52,534 bases of DNA, from IMG/VR virus record IMGVR_UViG_3300027972_000016, positions 1 to 52,534 of that record; one strand, 5' to 3'. Within the stretch, counting starts at the first letter, position 1, and each line of letters opens with the position of its first letter. The notes beneath the pieces were generated by a model. That model ran no database searches and was not told the DNA's origin. It saw only the letters and a program-made list of their open reading frames with translations. The stretch is from a virus (taxonomy: Duplodnaviria > Caudoviricetes). The translations under genes and the position numbers were made by a program. This document shows positions 46,212-52,534 of the stretch, one piece after another.

Positions 46212-49058
46212 ATGCCAAAAGTTAGGATAACAAAATTGCCAATGGCAAGAACTGGATACCAAGTAAAGTATTCATTAGCTAATGATGTACCAGCAATGGG
46301 TGGTGCAGACTATAATGTTTACACGGGAGAGAAACAACTCAGACCAAGTAAAACTATCAGGGCTGTTCCTAGAGAAGAAGCTAATCTAGAAGCTGAAGGT
46401 GGTGAAACTGTATTTGGTGATCTTAATGGTGATGGAATGCCTGAGAGCAAAACCATTGTAGGACCAAGACATAGAGATGGTGGTGTTCCTTTAAATCTAC
46501 CAGATGATACTTATATCTATAGTGACTTTAGAGGAATGAACATTAAAGATCCTAAGGTACTTGCAATGTTTGGTAAAACTGGAAAAAACAGAGGTTATAC
46601 TCCAGCAGATCTAGATAAGCAATATGATATAATGAAGTATAGAACTATACTTCAAGATCCTAACTCAGATGATATAGATATTAAAACTGCTGAGTTAATG
46701 ATTAAAAATTATATCATGAAGAAAGGTGCATTAGCTCTAGCGGCTGAAGCTTCTAAAGGATTTCCTCAAGGTATCCCTGCTGTAGCAAAACCTTATATGC
46801 AAGCTAATGGTATTCAAGAAACAGATTTAATTCCTGAACAATTAGCAAATTTATCTAAACAAGTTGATGGTCAGTTAAAATCTCAGAACAGACAAGCTGA
46901 AGATGAAACAGATGAATCATTTTCAGAATATGATGCTGCTCAAGATATAAACCAAGGTCAACCTGTAGCTCAACCTACAATGGCTCAGTATGGAATGACA
47001 ATGGGTGGTTATGATATGCCATTTACTGATGAGGCTGGTACAGATTATAGTATTCCTGCTGCAGAGTATGGTATGTCTATGGGTGTTAATTCTAATAACT
47101 ACCAAGGTAGAACTAGAAGCATTTCCGGTAGCGGTCCTGTATATCCATTTAATACTAGAAGAGTTCCTGTAAGAGCATATGGTGGTGAATTAAACACATA
47201 TCAAGATACAGGTGCAGTTAAAGAATCAGAAAATAAACCTATTGATGTAACAGGTAAAACTGATGCTGAAATTTATAGGTTAATGTGGGATGCTAAACAA
47301 AAAGATTCTAAGGCTCAACCTGTGTTTACTAGAAATGGTAAAAAATTAAAATATAAAGAAGCTGCAGAATTTAAAGGAGAAGAAGCTGGAAAAAAAGTAA
47401 CTGCTGATGAACTTAAAGATTTAAATATTAAAGATACACCAACTAATAGAGCTGCTGCAGCTCAACATTTATTATTAAAAAAAGAACTGAGTGATCCTAA
47501 ATCAAAAGTAAGAGCTGAATATATTAAGCAAACAAGAGAATCCTTAAATGATCCTAATACTTATGGAAAAAAAAGAGGTAAAGAATTACAAGAACATTTT
47601 AAAACTAATGCTCCATCTGATGATGATATAATAAAATCAGCATTAAACATTAACAAAAGAACCCATATGCTTGCTGCAAATGGATTTGATGCAAGAATGT
47701 TTAATAATGCTGGTACAGGATTAGATACTCCTGAAAATTTAGTAAAAGATGGTGTTTATAAATCAGTTGATGAAGCTAAAAAAGCTATAGCTGATTATAA
47801 AACAAAAGGATGGACAGATAAGGATAAAGTTATTTCTAGTATAGGTGCTGAAGCATTAGGTAAAGATACAGATATTGCTTTAGAACAAGCAACAACACAT
47901 GGTTATAGAAGAATGCAAAATAATCTTTTAACTGGTGCATATAAAAATGATGCTGATGCAAATTATGCATTATCAGGTTTCTTAGGTGATCAAGGTAGAG
48001 AAATGAATGAAGGTAGATCTGATGAAAGAGATATTTATGGTGGTAAAGGTTCTAACATATCTCCTATTGATGCTGTAGCAGGTAATACTACATTAGCACA
48101 GAAACAAGCATCAGGTACTCAAATGGGTACCTTTGAAGAAGAAGCTGCTGCTTCAGCACCTACTAAAAAATGTCCAGTATGTGAAAAATCAGATGGTACA
48201 AAAGTTCTGTTAACAGTTGATCCAAATACAGGAGAATGTTATCCATGTGAAGAAGATGTACCAGTAGACTATGAAAAACCTGCTGAATGGTGGTTACAAG
48301 ATACAATCAAAACAGCCGGTGCTTTTGGTGACTTGATGAGAGCAAAGAAATATATGCCTTGGGCTCCTACTGCTAAGTTGGAAACTCCTAAAGCTACATT
48401 CTTAGATCCTACTAGAGAGTTAGCAGCACAAGCTGAACAAGCAAATATACAAACTCAAGCATTAGGACAATTTGCTGGACCTCAAGCTTTATCTGCAAGA
48501 TCAGCTGGTATACAAGGACAAGCTGCTAAATCAGCTGCTGATACTCTTTCTAGATATAACAATGCTAATGTTAATCTAGCAAATCAATATGAATCTGCTA
48601 ATGTTAATATTAGAAACCAGGAACAAGCTGGTAATCAAGCTATCAAAAAAGGATTGTATGATGCAAACACAATTGCTAATCAACAATTTGATAATACTAA
48701 AGGAGCTTTAAGAGGTAACTTCAGAAATCAATATGCCAATGCAATTACAAACCGTTGGAAAACTGATGCACTAAATCAAATAAATCCTCAGTATGCTGTT
48801 AGCGCAGGTGTTGGTGGTAAATTACAATTTACTCAAGGTAAGAAATTTAAACCTGAAGCATCTGGTAAAACATTTGATGAGTTGTATACATACTATAAAG
48901 ATCTAGGAGATCCGGATCCTTCAAAAGCTGCAGAGAGAGCGCTGCGCCCAAGAACTACATCAAAAGATGATAAGTTAGCAGCTTTAGAAGCACAGTATGG
49001 ACAAATGAAAAGAGGTGGGTTTATATATGCAGATATGATAACTCCATTCTTACTATAA
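46212..49058 (+). CDS. Internal virion (cargo/ejection) protein
   Basis: N-terminal ANLEAEGGE...GPRHRDGGVPL...IYSD domain and a Q/A/N-rich helical C-terminus, typical of crAss-like ejected proteins (recalled). Confidence 0.55.
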   Translation: MPKVRITKLPMARTGYQVKYSLANDVPAMGGADYNVYTGEKQLRPSKTIRAVPREEANLEAEGGETVFGDLNGDGMPESKTIVGPRHRDGGVPLNLPDDTYIYSDFRGMNIKDPKVLAMFGKTGKNRGYTPADLDKQYDIMKYRTILQDPNSDDIDIKTAELMIKNYIMKKGALALAAEASKGFPQGIPAVAKPYMQANGIQETDLIPEQLANLSKQVDGQLKSQNRQAEDETDESFSEYDAAQDINQGQPVAQPTMAQYGMTMGGYDMPFTDEAGTDYSIPAAEYGMSMGVNSNNYQGRTRSISGSGPVYPFNTRRVPVRAYGGELNTYQDTGAVKESENKPIDVTGKTDAEIYRLMWDAKQKDSKAQPVFTRNGKKLKYKEAAEFKGEEAGKKVTADELKDLNIKDTPTNRAAAAQHLLLKKELSDPKSKVRAEYIKQTRESLNDPNTYGKKRGKELQEHFKTNAPSDDDIIKSALNINKRTHMLAANGFDARMFNNAGTGLDTPENLVKDGVYKSVDEAKKAIADYKTKGWTDKDKVISSIGAEALGKDTDIALEQATTHGYRRMQNNLLTGAYKNDADANYALSGFLGDQGREMNEGRSDERDIYGGKGSNISPIDAVAGNTTLAQKQASGTQMGTFEEEAAASAPTKKCPVCEKSDGTKVLLTVDPNTGECYPCEEDVPVDYEKPAEWWLQDTIKTAGAFGDLMRAKKYMPWAPTAKLETPKATFLDPTRELAAQAEQANIQTQALGQFAGPQALSARSAGIQGQAAKSAADTLSRYNNANVNLANQYESANVNIRNQEQAGNQAIKKGLYDANTIANQQFDNTKGALRGNFRNQYANAITNRWKTDALNQINPQYAVSAGVGGKLQFTQGKKFKPEASGKTFDELYTYYKDLGDPDPSKAAERALRPRTTSKDDKLAALEAQYGQMKRGGFIYADMITPFLL

Positions 49059-49100
49059 ACTTAACATGTTTATTAAACATATAAAATTTTAATAGATTTA
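49056..49100. promoter_or_regulatory. TAAAC-N7-GTTTA box in an intergenic region similar to 43846-43890
   Basis: TAAAC-TTAACAT-GTTTA at 49056-49072, a half box TAAAC at 49074, and a downstream ATAAAATTT...ATTTA like the 43846 region. Confidence 0.55.
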
Positions 49101-49123
49101 CATAATAGATTATAAAATAAATT

Positions 49124-52100
49124 ATGGCTACTTATTTACAAGGTGTTACAGATTATATACCTGATTATCAACCATTTCAGCCGGATCTGAATTTTTATGC
49201 TAATGTACTTCAGACAAAGCAGAATCAGTATGATACAAATTATAAAGCTGTAAATAACTTATACGGTCAATTATATAATGCTGATTTAACTCACGGTGAT
49301 AATATAAAGAATAAATCAGAGCTCCTAAAACAAATAGATTTTAATTTAAAAAGAGTTTCAGGACTTGATTTATCTCTAGAGCAGAATGTAGAACAAGCTA
49401 CTCAAGTATTTAAACCTTTCTATCAAGATCAATACTTGATGAAAGATATGGCTTGGACTAAAAACTTTAATTCTACTTATGGATCTGCACAAGCTCTTCA
49501 AAATCATCAAGATCCAAAAAGAAGAGCTGAATACTGGGATACTGGTTTAAAAGAAATGCAGTATAGAAAAGAAGAATTTAGAAATGCAGATCTAGAGAAA
49601 ACATTAAATATAGGTAATGCACAATATACTCCATATGTAAATGCAGCAAAATTTTACGGTGAGTTAATGGATAAAGCTGATATAAATATGGTAACTAATT
49701 TACCAGATGCATCAGGTATGTATATGGTAAAACAAAAGAATGGTCAATTAGTATTACCAAGTTTACAACAATTACTTGTAAGTGAATATGCAAACAATCC
49801 TGCTTTACAGAAAGTATATGCCTCTAGAGCTTATGTTGAAAGAAATGATAGTGCGGTACAAAATGCAGAAAAATTTAATGGAGATAAATTAGCAGCAGAA
49901 AAAGACTTCTTACAGCAGAGATATAACTACTTATCAAACTATGCAGCCAAAAGAGCAAAAGAAAATAAACAATCTGAAACTGCTGTAGTCAAAAAAACAA
50001 ATGCAATAGAGAATGATATCCAATCTGGTAATGTTAATCCTATGCAAGGATCTTACTTAGATAGATTAAACTCTGCACTTAAAGTTGAATCAGCTGCAAG
50101 ACAATATAGTGATAAAATAAATGAAACTATTAATGGTGAATCAAGAACAGCAACTACAACTGGTCCTTCAGGAGCATCAGCAGGTTTAGATTTAACTAAT
50201 ATGGAATTAGCAAGACTTAAAGTTGATGCTGCCACTGCTTCTCAATTAGCTGAAACAGATATATTAAGTAGTGCTAATTATTATGCTACCAAAGGTCAAT
50301 CTATTGAGTATTCTGTAAATCAAATTGGTTTAGAAAATTTAAGACATTCTCATAACATACAAAGAGATATAATAAAACAAGAATATACTAAACAAAATTT
50401 AAAAGAAAAAGCTAGTGCAGATAGAGAGAATGAAAAAATTAAACATTATATATCAACTGGCTATTATGTTTATGGTGAAGATGGTGCTCCAAAATTAAAT
50501 CCTATATATGCCGCACTTGGTGTTGAACCAGGAACTACAGGATCAATAGCTGATGAGTCTATTAATATTGAAAAATACAATGAAGAACATATCAGTAAAA
50601 TAACACATGAAACTACTGATCCCTTCATTGGTACTTGGATTGGTAATATTTCTGACTTGATACGATCAGAAGAAATTTCTGAACAAGAACTTTATAGTAT
50701 GATGAATGGAGATGCAAAAAGTATTCCTTATGCAGCTTCAACAGATGCAAGAGATCCTTATGATGCATCAAATGTTTTCTCTAAAGCTTTAAGAAAACAA
50801 TCTGCTATTCAACAATTTGGAGATTTAAAAGCTGCTTATGAAAAAGATCCTGTTGCTGTAGCAAATAAATTAGTTAATAATAAACAACTTGAGAATATTT
50901 ATAATGGATTTACAAAATGGACTAATATAAACAATGGTCATAGTGTAAGTTTAGGTTATAATACGTCAGGTGCTAGATTAGCTATGCATAAACTTATGAG
51001 AGCTCAAAAAAGCTTTGATGAAGTTCAAAAACAAAATGATGACAAAATAATTAACAGATTATCTAAAGTACCTATTCTTAATTCAGAATTTAAAGGTTTA
51101 AACAAAGATGATATGACCTATTTAAGTTCATTATTTGCAAATGGTAAAACAGAAGAAGATTTTGTTAAAGAAGCTGTTGAATATGATAAAATTAATAAAC
51201 CAGTTACTACTACTACTATAAGACAATTTGATCCAGAATCAAGAACATGGACTGAAAGACCAACAAGTAGTGCAGGTTGGGGTACTAAAGATCGTTATTA
51301 TTCTCAATTATATAAAGCATTAGATGCTGAGTATAAAAAAGTTGCTTATGATCCAAATCCAGAAACAGGATTAAAATCAATTGTACCTACTATAGCTAAT
51401 AAAGCTGGTGAAGCTGGATTAGCTGCAGATACAGGATTTAAAATGGTAAATACAGCTATTCCAACTACCACAGGTACATTAACAGGTTTATATAATGATA
51501 TTAATAGAATTAATTGGAAACAAGGTGATGGTAATAAAATATCTATTGGTGGTATAACAAAGACCGGTATAGAAGATGAAGATAACTTATTAGAACCTGA
51601 AGTTGCAAAAAGTATAATAGCTGAACTTATGGGTGAAATAAAACCAAGTTCAAAAATAGGAGCTTTTAAAATTAGTCAAAATCAAATTGCTTTAGAAAGT
51701 AAAAATCTTGGTGCAATGACTGTTTATCCTCCTTTAGAATTTTTAAAGAAAAATATATTAAATGAAGCTGGAAAAGCAGATATGCCAAAAATTGATAAAA
51801 TTTTAACAAATGGTATTGCTTTTATTGCACCTAAAGATAGTTGGAACAATGACTTATTTAAACAAAGTCAAATTGGTATAACTGAATCTGTTCTTAATCT
51901 TAAAGGTGAAATTACCTATAATGATCCTAACAATGCAGGTGCTTATACAATTAAAAAAGAAAAGAATGTTCCTGGTGTAGATTATGGTGTTACTGCTAAT
52001 ATATATGCAATGGATGATAATGGAAATAAACAATTACGTCCTTTTGTCCCTATACAAAGTAATAGAGGTAATAGAGTAGATGATGCTGAAACATATGTAT

Positions 52101-52237
52101 TCAACATGCTTAATGTTATGGCTATGAAAAATTTAGAAAAGTACCGTTCTTTTCAACAACAAGGTAACTATGAAGCAATGAAAAATGCTGAAAAAAACTT
52201 TGGTCTTACACAATCAAATATAAACTGGAACTATTAA
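49124..52237 (+). CDS. Large internal virion (ejection) protein
   Basis: 1037 aa. The N-terminal Y.PFQPDLNFY..VLQTKQ.QYD is typical of crAss-like cargo proteins (recalled). Helical composition. Confidence 0.55.
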   Translation: MATYLQGVTDYIPDYQPFQPDLNFYANVLQTKQNQYDTNYKAVNNLYGQLYNADLTHGDNIKNKSELLKQIDFNLKRVSGLDLSLEQNVEQATQVFKPFYQDQYLMKDMAWTKNFNSTYGSAQALQNHQDPKRRAEYWDTGLKEMQYRKEEFRNADLEKTLNIGNAQYTPYVNAAKFYGELMDKADINMVTNLPDASGMYMVKQKNGQLVLPSLQQLLVSEYANNPALQKVYASRAYVERNDSAVQNAEKFNGDKLAAEKDFLQQRYNYLSNYAAKRAKENKQSETAVVKKTNAIENDIQSGNVNPMQGSYLDRLNSALKVESAARQYSDKINETINGESRTATTTGPSGASAGLDLTNMELARLKVDAATASQLAETDILSSANYYATKGQSIEYSVNQIGLENLRHSHNIQRDIIKQEYTKQNLKEKASADRENEKIKHYISTGYYVYGEDGAPKLNPIYAALGVEPGTTGSIADESINIEKYNEEHISKITHETTDPFIGTWIGNISDLIRSEEISEQELYSMMNGDAKSIPYAASTDARDPYDASNVFSKALRKQSAIQQFGDLKAAYEKDPVAVANKLVNNKQLENIYNGFTKWTNINNGHSVSLGYNTSGARLAMHKLMRAQKSFDEVQKQNDDKIINRLSKVPILNSEFKGLNKDDMTYLSSLFANGKTEEDFVKEAVEYDKINKPVTTTTIRQFDPESRTWTERPTSSAGWGTKDRYYSQLYKALDAEYKKVAYDPNPETGLKSIVPTIANKAGEAGLAADTGFKMVNTAIPTTTGTLTGLYNDINRINWKQGDGNKISIGGITKTGIEDEDNLLEPEVAKSIIAELMGEIKPSSKIGAFKISQNQIALESKNLGAMTVYPPLEFLKKNILNEAGKADMPKIDKILTNGIAFIAPKDSWNNDLFKQSQIGITESVLNLKGEITYNDPNNAGAYTIKKEKNVPGVDYGVTANIYAMDDNGNKQLRPFVPIQSNRGNRVDDAETYVFNMLNVMAMKNLEKYRSFQQQGNYEAMKNAEKNFGLTQSNINWNY

Positions 52238-52247
52238 TTAATTCAAA

Positions 52248-52534
52248 ATGGCAGAAGAAACTACAACTCCAAATGATGGTTTAAATGATTTATCTTTAAA
52301 TAGTACATTTATAAAGCCTGCTTCTATTGAAATGAGAGAACCTATGAGTTTACCATCTCTTAGTGCTCCTCTTCCTTCTAGTATTCAATCATTACCAGGA
52401 GGAAACAATGTTCCAAATAAAACATTTGATACTAAAGACTTTACTGTAGGTTCAACACCTACTTATCCTAAAAATATAGCAAGTAAAAATGTAAGTACTT
52501 CTGATTACATGGATGCATTAATTAATAAAACTAA
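52248..52534 (+). CDS. Start of a further large protein (3'-truncated by window)
   Basis: ATG at 52248 with an A-rich leader. The frame MAEETTTPNDGLNDLS...SDYMDALINKT stays open to the end of the window. Confidence 0.7.
   Translation, partial: MAEETTTPNDGLNDLSLNSTFIKPASIEMREPMSLPSLSAPLPSSIQSLPGGNNVPNKTFDTKDFTVGSTPTYPKNIASKNVSTSDYMDALINKT

Noticed and set aside
2054-50235. Minus-strand and nested alternative-frame ORFs in the ORF track (e.g. 2054..2287, 13560..13868, 19595..19936, 42917..43204)
   Set aside because: They lie within long, coherent + strand genes and look like antisense or frame shadows of biased codon usage.
1-52534. Stop-codon reassignment (TAG/TGA read-through), known in some crAss-like phages
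   Set aside because: All large genes are intact in code 11. TAG and TGA appear to act as genuine stops (MCP ends TAG; several ATGA overlaps).

Overview
AT-rich window with essentially all coding on the + strand. It is the virion/late module of a crAss-like (Crassvirales-type) tailed phage. The host is most likely Bacteroidota, judged from A-rich leaders without Shine-Dalgarno sequences, TAnnTTTG-like promoter elements and a lipoprotein carrying D-(S/T)-hydrophobic motifs. Gene order: tail fibres (1-4382); holins plus a YkuD-like putative endolysin (4537-5791); small DNA-binding/nuclease genes; terminase; portal; scaffold-like protein; major capsid protein; a cluster of small Lys-rich proteins; ring/adaptor; a ferritin/Dps-like protein; a probable auxiliary capsid protein; a Cys-rich paralogous fibre/hub cluster; an IHF-like gene; ring, tubular and muzzle tail proteins; then large putative ejected (cargo) proteins running off the right edge. 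All calls come from motif reading and recalled synteny, not from database searches. The most notable unexplained signals are: (1) a terminator-linked RNA hairpin at 31294-31367 whose loop (UUGUUGGUU) is the exact complement of an AACCAACAA motif in the leaders of three late genes, suggesting a trans-acting antisense RNA; (2) a recurring 17-bp palindromic operator TAAAC-N7-GTTTA, present three times upstream of a wHTH-like gene; (3) a di-glycine 'xxxGG' motif that punctuates the cargo proteins and small basic proteins and separates enzyme-like modules in a 1567-aa protein.
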